This document shows positions 55,472 through 64,000 of a stretch of 64,000 nt of DNA, piece by piece. A program made the position numbers and the translations under genes. This DNA is from Rebecca billardiae RCC1528. Its lineage: Eukaryota; Protista; Haptophyta. The number at the start of each line of letters is the position of its first letter. Position 1 is the first letter of the stretch. The stretch covers positions 992,001 through 1,056,000 of the forward strand of contig OZ251234.1 in the NCBI GenBank assembly GCA_965240325.2. Reading direction: 5' to 3'. The notes under the pieces are model-generated. The model saw only the letters and a program-made list of their open reading frames with translations. It did no database searches and was not told where the DNA came from.

Positions 55472-57175
55472 GGCTTGTTGCATTTTGAAGTGAGACCAAA
55501 CGCGACATCGGAGGGAATTTCGGCGAGCGAATTTTTTTCATGATGGCCGCTGCCGCGCTGCGGCGGCGGCCACGGGAGGCGCTCAGGAGGCGCGCGTCGC
55601 ACCAGACGACGCGCGTCGACGCTTGCCTACGGTTCTAGACAGAGTGTGCGCCACGCTGCATGCTATACAGCCACGGCACGCTCGGCAGTCAGGTCGACAC
55701 TCGTCGACGCCGTCCGCGTGCAGTGCCGACACGAGTTGTGATCGAGCGCGTCGGCGCGCTCAGCCATCTGGTCGAGAATCATGCTGTGGTCTGCGGCCGA
55801 GAGAACGACCGGGATCTTCCTCAACGCATTCCCCATCGTGCTCGAGTTGTGCGTAGTCTCGCCCGCGGGCGCGCTCGCAATCACCATCTGCAATCTGCGC
55901 TCGCCTTGCGGTGCAGCGCTCCTCGGAGTGCCACCACGAGAGCTCGCGGTACTTCTACTGGGTATTGGAGGAGTCGAAGGTGCGCCAGCCAAGTAGATGA
56001 CGTCGACCACCTCGGTGCCAGCCACGATCAGTCCCCAGACGCCCCCAAAGCAGTGTCGGGGTCTAGAGGTAAGCGTCGAGGATCAGTAGAAGCTTACGGC
56101 GCAGTGTCCGAACGGTGCTCAACAGGACAGTACTGCAAGAGAATGAGATAGTACTCGTAGGATTCACTGTCATCAGACTAGTTGCCGCCGGCGTAATCCA
56201 CGGCTGGGATGGCCCCGTTGTGACCGGGCTCAATGAGTGCCACGCGTCGCTGCTGGTCGTCCAGGAAGCGCTCTGCGAGCCAGTGTCAACCCGGAGCTGA
56301 TAATGCGCTCGGGCCTCGGCGGCGCTCGAGGAGGGCGCCCCGCATTATCAGCTTCACCGAGGAGATCGCGCGCTGGCTGGGGACGGCCAAGCAGATGAAC
56401 ACGGAGCTGGGCGGCTCGGAGCTGATTATGAACCGCACGCGCGCGCAGCTCGCGAGGACGCGCGATCGTGTGGTGGTACCCTACGCCGAGATCACCGCGA
56501 CTTTCCGGGCTACGACACAATCGACCCGGCGACGCGCGACGAGAAGCGCGCCCGCACTCAAGCCGGAAGAGCTTCCACAACCTGCGCATCGACCAGGCGG
56601 GTCGCGTGTGGGTGTGTCGCTGGCCGTGCTCGTGCGCACCGTGCCGTGCCGCGCTCCCGCGCAACATGCGCCCGACATCCGGTCCCTGCGCGCTCCGCCC
56701 CATCTTCAGCGAGCTCAACGACTGGCACGTCGCACGACGTGACGGCGCAGCTCCAGCGGAAGGCCGGCGCTGGAGCTGAGGACTCGGACGATGAGATCGA
56801 GGTCGACCGGGACTTGCGTAGCGCCTCGTGCCCGCCTCCTCACGCGTCTTGCGGGCTGCAGCATGCGCTGAATCTTGAGCTCCAGCCCTTCTGAGCTTTC
56901 TTGCCGCGTCGACCGCGCGCGGAGCTTCTGCTTCTGCTTGGACATGAGGGGGTGCCCACTTGGATGCAGAGTGTTCTCGACGTAGGTCACGCCCCAGCCT
57001 GGCGCAAGTGGATTGCTGCACTCACGACAACCTCAGGGGTGCAGCGATCGCGTTCCCCGCGGTCCAGACGCCATCCTCGTCGAGAACACTCTGCATCCAA
57101 CCGGGCGTCACGTGGATTCCCACTGGGATGTCGCCGTCACATATTTGTTGGTATTTATTCAATTTGCAACAGGCC
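55472..57175. mobile_element. Degenerate TIR DNA transposon with 4-bp AATT flanks, containing transposase-like remnants
   Basis: AATT|GGCTTGTTGCATTTTGAA..ACCAA at the left end and TTGGT..TTCAATTTGCAACAGGCC|AATT at the right end. Fragmented + strand frames carry SERCSTGQY and FHNLRID..GRVWVCRWPCSCAPC. Confidence 0.7.
56960..57100. repeat. 23-bp perfect inverted repeat with 95-bp spacer
   Basis: TTGGATGCAGAGTGTTCTCGACG (56960-56982) and CGTCGAGAACACTCTGCATCCAA (57078-57100). Confidence 0.9.
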
Positions 57176-57657
57176 AATTACGTGTTGTGAACCGTCGTAG
57201 TCAATAACCGCTAGCTAGCGTTCGATCGATGATCGCCTGACAAAGCGACAGACCGCGATGCGACATATTATAGCAGGCTCACTTCACCTCCGGAGTCCTG
57301 ACCGATCCCGGACACCGGGCTGTCACCGAGGCAGACTCAGGTCCACGAGACTCCGGCGCCAGGGCGGCGGGCAGCGATCAGCGATGCGACTTATGCCCGA
57401 GCCGTTCAGCCGCAGTGGTGCCCAGCCTCACGGAGTCGCCGTGCGGTTCGTTGATACCGGATGCCGTCGCGCGGCGGCGGCTTTTCGTCACCGCACTGCG
57501 AGCTCACCGGTCACCCCGGGCCACGGCAGCGGCTCGCTCTTGAACTCATCTCGTCCTCAAAGTCAAAGGCGAGTTCAGGTGTCGGCGCAGGGCTCCAGGC
57601 ATGCGCCCGGCTGCACGAGCGGATCGACCACGTTCCACAACACGCCCGACGCGTTCT

Positions 57658-58518
57658 TCAGTGCGAGAAGACAAGCGGGTCCGGCGCCCCGCCGCCAAGC
57701 GCACGCCCGTACGCCGGCATATCCCCACCGTCCATCTCGGCCGCGTCGGCTGCCGTGCGCAGCACGGCGGAGCCTGGAACGTCGCTCGGCATGCCGCCAC
57801 CGTCCCTCGTCGACGGCGCGCGCGCGCGCGAATGAGCCCCCCCAGAGACTCTACCTGTGGGCGGCTCACGCGCCAAGCCGCGCATGCGCACGCCCTCCCC
57901 GACGCCCCGCTGGCTCGCTGCCACGCCCCCGCGCCCTCCGCCCGCGGCTGCGGGAGCGAGCAGCGAGTAGAGCAGAGGCAGCGCGATTGGGCGCGGCTCG
58001 CGAGCGTCGCCCCTCGGAAGCACCGACTGCTGCTGCAGGCCCGTGCGCTCAGACATGTATTCACGATCGATCGTGCCGTTGGGCTGGCCGGTTTCTGCGC
58101 ACGGACGGGCCAGCGGGGGGCGCAGGTGCGCGCGCACGCCCCCCGTTGTTGGTTCGGGTGCCGCGCGAGCACGCACTGGTATGCGCGCGCGCGTGCGTGC
58201 CTGGCATGAAGACAGAGAGCGTGTGCGTGTAGTGGTTGAATTCGAGGTACTCACGGATCAGGTCGTTGATCACCAGGTTCTCGGGGTTCGGATGTGCGCG
58301 GCGCTCGTTCTCGTCGTCCATGGCGCCAAACACCTCGGCGCGAATCGACGCGCGCAGCCGCGAGAGCGCGCCCTTCGCCTCGAGCGTCTCGCGCAGCGCT
58401 GCGCGCGGAGGTGCATCACGCCGGCGCGCTCATGCGGGCCCCTCGATGCGCGCCTCGCCGCACGCGGGGTGGTGGGCTTCTTTTGCAGCGCACCTTCTTC
58501 GAGCTCGGCGGCCGCCAT
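57658..58518 (-). CDS. FOR20/FOPNL (CEP20)-like LisH centriole protein (exons 58518-58494, 58398-58201, 58094-57658)
   Basis: ALRETLEAKGALSRLRASIRAEVF, ENLVINDLIREYLEFNHYTHTLSVFMPETG and LPLLYSLL; one GT-AG and one GC-AG intron. Confidence 0.88.
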
Positions 58519-58843
58519 CGCTCAAACGATCGGAGGCGGCCGTTGGCCAAACACGCCGGGTGGAAAAAGTCGCGACGATGAAAAAGTCCACATTCATCAG
58601 CAAAAAAGGCAAGCACCGCGACCAATCGACCATCCTTGCAACAAAGGAATCACTGAGTGCAAGCGCAAACTGTTTCAAGTTCGTCCCGACCGGAACGGCC
58701 ACGCCTCGGCCGCCCGGCTGAGGCGGGCTCAACATTGAACATTGACGATGCTGAGCCGCGCGCCGGTGATGAGGGTGATCTCAGCTCATCGCTCGCCGGC
58801 GGGTGCCATGCTGGGCTCCACCGCGTCGGGGGGTCGCCGAGCC

Positions 58844-61051
58844 ATGCGCTCTGCGGCGCTTGCCGCGTGCCTCGCGACGTGCGTGCTCCCGGCACGATGT
58901 GGCGCCGAGCTCATCCTCGTCCAGGGGCGCAGCTGGTGCGGCACGCTCCAGGGCGTCACTTCGCACGACGCCGTCCTCAGCGCGCTCGAGTGCGCCGTGC
59001 TCACGCGCGCGCCGTACGTCGCCTGGTCCGGCCTCACGCACGAGTGCTACGCGTGCTCGCGCGCGGAGGCGTATGCGCGCAGGGCGGACGAGCTTTTCGG
59101 CGTGTACGCCACGGGTGCGCCCGAGCCGGCCGACGCGGCTCGCAGCGCCGCGCGCGGCTCGCGCGAGCCGCCTTCGTTTGTCTGCGCTGCGCCGGGTGCC
59201 GGCTGCGGCTGGCGCTCGTGGCCGGACCACGACCGCGTCACGTCGGCGGAGCACTGCGCCGCGCTCGTCGTTGCGACGGTGGCTGGCGCGGGCTCGCCCG
59301 CGCCCGCGCGCTTCGCCTTCGTGCGCGACAGCGGGCTCTGCTACGCGTGCGCGCCGGACGCGCCTGCGCGCTGGGCGCTGCCCGGCGCGATCTCGTGCGC
59401 GCTCAGCAGTCCGGGCGCGTCCGGCGCGGCGGCGCCCGCGCCGGCGGCGCCGCCGCCCGCGCGCGCGCCGCCGCCGCCGGCGCAGGCGGGCGCGCTGTAC
59501 AGCGGGCAGCGCTGCGGCACCCTCGCCATGCCCCTGAGCACGCGCGTCGAGTCTGCGTCCATGTGCGCGCTGGTCGTGTCTCAGTCTCTGTGGGCGCGCG
59601 ACCGGCCGTTGTTCAGCCTCGCGCCCACGCTGCACCTGTGCTACGCATGCACGGAGGCGGAGGCGGCGGAGGGCGCGCGCGTGCCCAGCCCGCTCTTTGC
59701 CATCTTCCGCGTCGCCGACTTCGTCGGGGCCGACGGCGTGCCGACGGCCGCGGCCAGCGCGCCAGGCGGCGGCGACGCGACGCTCGGCGGGGCCGGCAGT
59801 GGCGGCGATGGCGGCAGCGGTGGCGGCGCGGCGCGTGCCGTGTCCTCCGCCGGCACGCGCGACGTGGCGTGGTCCAACGCGCACGGGCAGCATCAGGCGA
59901 GGCAGCCTGCACGCGCGCACGCGCCGCCGCCCGCCCCGCTGCCGCCGCCCTCTCCGCTGCCGCCGCCGGCCATATCCCCACCGCCGCCGCCGCGCCCACC
60001 GCCGCCGCCGCCCGCGTGTGAGCCTTTGGCGCTGTCGTGGGCATGGGCGGCGCCGGCCGGCTCGGCCGGCCCGGGGCACGCCTGGCCGCGCGCCGCCGCG
60101 CCGGGCGTGGCAGGCTGCGCTGCGCGCTGGGAGCTCCTCGCACCCGAGGCGGACGGCCTCGTCCTTGCGCACGGCTCGGCCGGCGCGGCCGGCGCGGGCA
60201 GCGCCGAGGCCTGCCTCCCGCGCGCGCATCGCTGCGCGCTCGTCCGAATGCTGGCGGCCGCGCCGTGCGGCGCGGAGCTGCGCTGGGCGCTGCACGCGCG
60301 CGCGGGCGCGGCGTGGGCCTCGGGCGGGCTCACCTTCGGCTCGCTCGCCTGCCCGCCCGGCCGCGCCTCCGGCGCGCGCGCGCTCTCGCCCCAGCGCCTT
60401 GCGCCTCTGGACATCGCGCGCTCGGCCGAGGCGTTCGAGCTGGTGCACGCGAGCGCGCAGCTCGTGCTGGCGGCCATCCTGTTGTCCACGCTGCTGCTCA
60501 CGTTGTGCGTCGCGGCGGCGGACGTGGCGTGGGAGCGCCTCGAGCGGGACAGGCTGGACGCGGATCCGGACGAGCCGCACGCCGACGCGTCGGGCGGCCG
60601 AGGCGCGCGGCGCTCATGCGTCTCACGGCTGTGCCCTGGCGGTTGGCTGCCGCCATGGCTGCACGCGCCGCAGGCGGAGGCGGAGGCGGAGGGCGGCGCA
60701 CGCGGGACGGGATCGGACGACGGGGACGTGCCGGGGGTGGCTGGGGGCGCGCCGGCCGCGGCACTGGCCGCCGAGGGCGCGAGCGGGGCGCACGCCCCCG
60801 CAGCGGCACCAGCGGCCGGCTCCGCTGGGCCGGACGCGCCGCGCGGCGCGCGCGCGCCTGACGGCCGCGGCGCAGGCGGCGGTGCATCATCGGCGCAGCG
60901 CTGGTCCGAGTGGGCGGCTGGCCTCGCCAGCTGGGGCGCCGGCAATCCGCACGTGGAGATGGGGGGCATGCCGACCCGCACTGCGTCCGAGCGGCAGCGT
61001 CGGCTCGACGAGGTGGACTTTGCCAGGCTGGAAGCCCTCGCTCTTTTGTGA
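58844..61051 (+). CDS. Type I membrane protein with three Cys-rich (PAN/apple-like) repeats and a Pro-rich stalk
   Basis: Signal peptide, three C-G...SAxxCA...CYAC units, poly-Pro tract, TM segment LVLAAILLSTLLLTLCVAAA. Alternative start at 58808. Confidence 0.7.
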   Translation: MRSAALAACLATCVLPARCGAELILVQGRSWCGTLQGVTSHDAVLSALECAVLTRAPYVAWSGLTHECYACSRAEAYARRADELFGVYATGAPEPADAARSAARGSREPPSFVCAAPGAGCGWRSWPDHDRVTSAEHCAALVVATVAGAGSPAPARFAFVRDSGLCYACAPDAPARWALPGAISCALSSPGASGAAAPAPAAPPPARAPPPPAQAGALYSGQRCGTLAMPLSTRVESASMCALVVSQSLWARDRPLFSLAPTLHLCYACTEAEAAEGARVPSPLFAIFRVADFVGADGVPTAAASAPGGGDATLGGAGSGGDGGSGGGAARAVSSAGTRDVAWSNAHGQHQARQPARAHAPPPAPLPPPSPLPPPAISPPPPPRPPPPPPACEPLALSWAWAAPAGSAGPGHAWPRAAAPGVAGCAARWELLAPEADGLVLAHGSAGAAGAGSAEACLPRAHRCALVRMLAAAPCGAELRWALHARAGAAWASGGLTFGSLACPPGRASGARALSPQRLAPLDIARSAEAFELVHASAQLVLAAILLSTLLLTLCVAAADVAWERLERDRLDADPDEPHADASGGRGARRSCVSRLCPGGWLPPWLHAPQAEAEAEGGARGTGSDDGDVPGVAGGAPAAALAAEGASGAHAPAAAPAAGSAGPDAPRGARAPDGRGAGGGASSAQRWSEWAAGLASWGAGNPHVEMGGMPTRTASERQRRLDEVDFARLEALALL

Positions 61052-61604
61052 CGACTAGTGTTAGTATTAGTAACTAAACGTGCTCTAAGACATCAACAGA
61101 CATGTACCCATATGACCGCTACTGAGACTACGCGATGAGGCTGAGTCATGAGCGTGATTGTCACTGCTGGACGGAACGGCATCACTACGATGACGCGTAC
61201 GGTCGTCCGTACGGCCCCGCGGCCCGCCTCACCGACGGGAGACGTCCCCGGCGCGTGAGCCCGTGAGCCGGCCGTGCCCGGCACGCGGGGACGGGGACCA
61301 GGGTGCTCGCGGCTCACGGCGGCCGGCGCCCGTCGGCCTCGATGCGCCTCAGTGGAGCACCGTCTGCCTCCGTGACCACTGACCGTCAGGCAGGTCACGC
61401 TGCGTGACCGACAGACGGACACGGTGCCCAGGGCTGGGAAAGCAGAGCCAGAGAGAAAGACTGACGCGATATGACTGCTATGAGTAGAGAAAAACAACTG
61501 CTTATTCCCAATACCCCCATACTTGTAATGAAAACTTCGACGACGGAGAGGGCATCAGCGAGCCAGCGACGACGACGGGCCGCCGCCAGCACGCGGACGA
61601 GACC

Positions 61605-62678
61605 ATGGAGGTCTCGCATCGGCGCGCGCGTCTCGTGCTGCTCGCGCTCGGCGCACCCCTCAGCGCGCTGGGCAGCTGCAACGGGTTGCGTGCCGGCGTG
61701 CGCGCTCGCTGCACGCCGCTGACGCCCCTCGCCCGCCCGCTCATGAGCAGCACCGAGCCGTGGCCGGCAGACGCGCACGCGGCCTCGCTCAGTCCAGCAG
61801 CGCCGAATGGTCTGCTCGTCGCGTACAAGCCCGAGGGCTGGTCGTCGTTCAAGGTGGTGCACGCGGTGCGGCGGACGCTGCAGCGCGAGTTCCCAATGCC
61901 GATGCCGCCCGCCGCTCCGGGCCGCCGGCGCAAGAAGCCGCGGCTGAAAGTGGGGCACGGCGGGACGCTCGACCCGCTCGCAACAGGCATGCTTGTGGTT
62001 GGGGTGGGCACCGGCTGCCGCGCGCTGCAGGGGTACCTGACGGGGAGCAAGGCGTACCGCGCGCGCATGGCCTTCGGCGCCGAGACGGACTCGCAGGACT
62101 CCACCGGCGCCGTCGTGCGCCAAGCCGCCTCTGAGCACGTCAGCCTGAGCGCGCTGCGCGAGGCGTGCGCCCCGCTTCGCGGCACCATCCTGCAGCGGCC
62201 GCCCGCCTTCTCCGCGCTGCGGCGCGACGGCGTGCGCTCGTACGAGCTCGCGCGCAGGGGCGAGCTGACCGACGCGGACATGCCCGAGCGCGAGGTCCAC
62301 GTACACGCGCTCGATATCCTCTCGTGCGCGCGTGAGCCCGACGGCCGCGTCGAGGCCGCTCTGGAGATCGAGTGCGGCGGAGGCGTGTACGTTCGCACGC
62401 TGATTGTCGACCTCGCGCGCGCGGTCGGCAGCGCCGCGCACATGACGCAGCTTGAGCGCGTGAAGCAAGGGCCGTTCGAGCTCGACGACGGGGCGCTGCC
62501 CGTGCTCCACGAGGCGGAGTTCGACGACGCGGGCGCGATCGTGCGCGCGATGGAGGGCGCCGCCGCCGTCCTGCGCAGCCGTGGCGCCGACGAGACCGCT
62601 GAGATGGCAGCGCCAGCTGCGGAGCCCTCGGATGGCGCAGGTCAGCCCATCGCCGGAAGACAGGCAGCTTCTTTGTGA
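61605..62678 (+). CDS. truB: tRNA pseudouridine(55) synthase, TruB family, probably organelle-targeted
   Basis: YKPEGWSSF, KVGHGGTLDPLATGML, KAY, ETDSQDSTG, QRPPAFSA, YELARRG, CGGGVYVRTL; N-terminal signal/transit-like extension. Confidence 0.94.
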   Translation: MEVSHRRARLVLLALGAPLSALGSCNGLRAGVRARCTPLTPLARPLMSSTEPWPADAHAASLSPAAPNGLLVAYKPEGWSSFKVVHAVRRTLQREFPMPMPPAAPGRRRKKPRLKVGHGGTLDPLATGMLVVGVGTGCRALQGYLTGSKAYRARMAFGAETDSQDSTGAVVRQAASEHVSLSALREACAPLRGTILQRPPAFSALRRDGVRSYELARRGELTDADMPEREVHVHALDILSCAREPDGRVEAALEIECGGGVYVRTLIVDLARAVGSAAHMTQLERVKQGPFELDDGALPVLHEAEFDDAGAIVRAMEGAAAVLRSRGADETAEMAAPAAEPSDGAGQPIAGRQAASL

Positions 62679-62988
62679 GTAGTATCAGGAGCACCTCCGC
62701 CGGCCCGCAGCCCTGGGTGACTGGCCAGGCGTCCTGGGAACTGACCGTCGTCGTTCTCGGAATGAAAATGACAAATGTCGTCAACAGCTAGACTGACTGC
62801 TAGACCGAGCTGATATTACAGGCATATTCTCCTACAGAAAATATCTTACAGCTCCGCCAGTAAATAGTAATCCTGCAGACCTCAGTCATACATACTACAT
62901 AGTGAGTATACGGACAGATTACGGTGTGAGCTGGCACTCTCGGCCCGCCCCGGCGCCTACTTAGAGTACTGAGCTGACGGATAATGCG

Positions 62989-63079
<91 letters not shown>
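62989..63079. repeat. Compound (AT)n(GT)n microsatellite
   Basis: Direct reading. Confidence 0.95.
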
Positions 63080-63082
<3 letters not shown>

Positions 63083-63735
63083 ACGACCGTGGAGCCCTGC
63101 CACCCGTCCCAGAAAGCCTCTGAGCCCGTCTTCGGCTCAGCGGGCTCAAAAACTTCGGAGCGAGGGTTTTGAGCTCAGTGACTATGAATTAATGAAATGG
63201 GCTGGCTACGAATAGCTGCGCGGGTATTTTTTAATACCACGGGCCTTGATGTAGGGGGCTGGGACGGGTGGTACCCGAGTCGGAGGAGCCGACTCCGAGC
63301 CGAGGAGCTGAGCGGAGCGAGCCCGCGAGGCTCAGGTCGCTTACTGGACGGCGGCGGCCGCGGCGGGTCCTCCTCGGCTCGGAGTCGGCTCCTCCGACTC
63401 ACACGTGACCCCGTCACGGCCCGCGGCACGGCGGCGCGGGCTGCGGCCATCATCAGCGGCTGCGCTGCCTCATCCGAGGCTGATGATCGATGCTGGACCT
63501 GACGCATCATGACGATGCAGCAACGTGAACCGCGGATTATATTGACGAGTCGTTAGTCCGCCTCGGCACTCTATCTGCACGTCATCAGCTGCTGCTGTCG
63601 TCAGAGTGGACCCGCGGGAGCGCGCGAGTCGTCGTGGCCTGACCTACTGTCGTGGGCGGTCAGCAGTAGTGAACCGTGCCTAGTGGCTAGCTACACTCTG
63701 ATACAGTACGCCAGTACGGTCCGTACGGCTACGAC

Positions 63736-63737
<2 letters not shown>

Positions 63738-63793
<56 letters not shown>
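63738..63793. repeat. (AG)n microsatellite
   Basis: Direct reading. Confidence 0.95.
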
Positions 63794-63794
<1 letters not shown>

Positions 63795-64000
63795 CACACA
63801 CAGTATATGGCTCTGACGGCCTGCAGCTGACTGTCGCGCTAATCGGCAGCGGCTACTATGCCGCCTGGCGATAAGTATATATCTGATGCACGTCAATGTC
63901 GATGGGCATGATGGCCGGCCCCATCATGGGCATGGCGATCGCGATGTGATGACCGCGTTCCGCGGTCCTTTTCTGCATAGAATCAACGCAGTTGGGGGCC

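Noticed and set aside
91-62510. Hundreds of long Arg/Ala/Pro-rich ORFs overlapping real genes (e.g. 91-1857+, 803-2344-, 24849-26501-, 58781-60580-)
   Set aside because: These are shadow frames expected at very high GC. They have no motifs and overlap better-supported genes.
63111-63180. Short hairpin TGAGCCCG...CGGGCTCA next to a microsatellite
   Set aside because: The 8-bp stem is too short to support any feature.
1-64000. tRNA/rRNA genes
   Set aside because: No cloverleaf or rRNA-like segment was recognised by eye; tRNAscan-SE/Infernal would be needed to exclude them.

Overview
Gene-dense, very GC-rich eukaryotic nuclear DNA, not prokaryotic. It has short GC-rich spliceosomal introns (GTGCG...GCAG), microsatellites and algal-type genes. 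A high-GC alga such as a haptophyte is my inference, not something the sequence proves. About 22 protein-coding genes are supported: ATG6/Beclin, a THUMP RNA methyltransferase, glucosidase II beta, SSSCA1/ZNRD2, a GH18 chitinase-like protein, a PIP5K-like protein, a PIN+HhH nuclease, a GT25-like/methyltransferase fusion, an SLC6 symporter, PPCS, a GNAT, a CLC channel, a RING/IBR + MYCBP2-type RCR E3 ligase, enolase, PDAT, FOR20, TruB and several unknowns. Many are arranged head-to-head, 100-330 bp apart. Five mobile elements were delimited by reading their termini. (1) A 2.4-kb TIR element with a 9-bp TSD and an orphan ORF. (2) An adjacent 3.07-kb TIR element whose only cargo is a spliced, frameshifted BAH-domain gene. 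(3) A 510-bp TA-TSD MITE. (4) A 5'-truncated LINE (RT-RNase H-zinc finger) inserted between a divergent gene pair. (5) A degenerate 1.7-kb TIR element with an AATT TSD. The most interesting items are the transposase-less TIR elements carrying cargo genes, the hybrid RING-IBR/RCR ligase, the PIN-ComEA-HhH fusion and several apparent pseudoenzymes.
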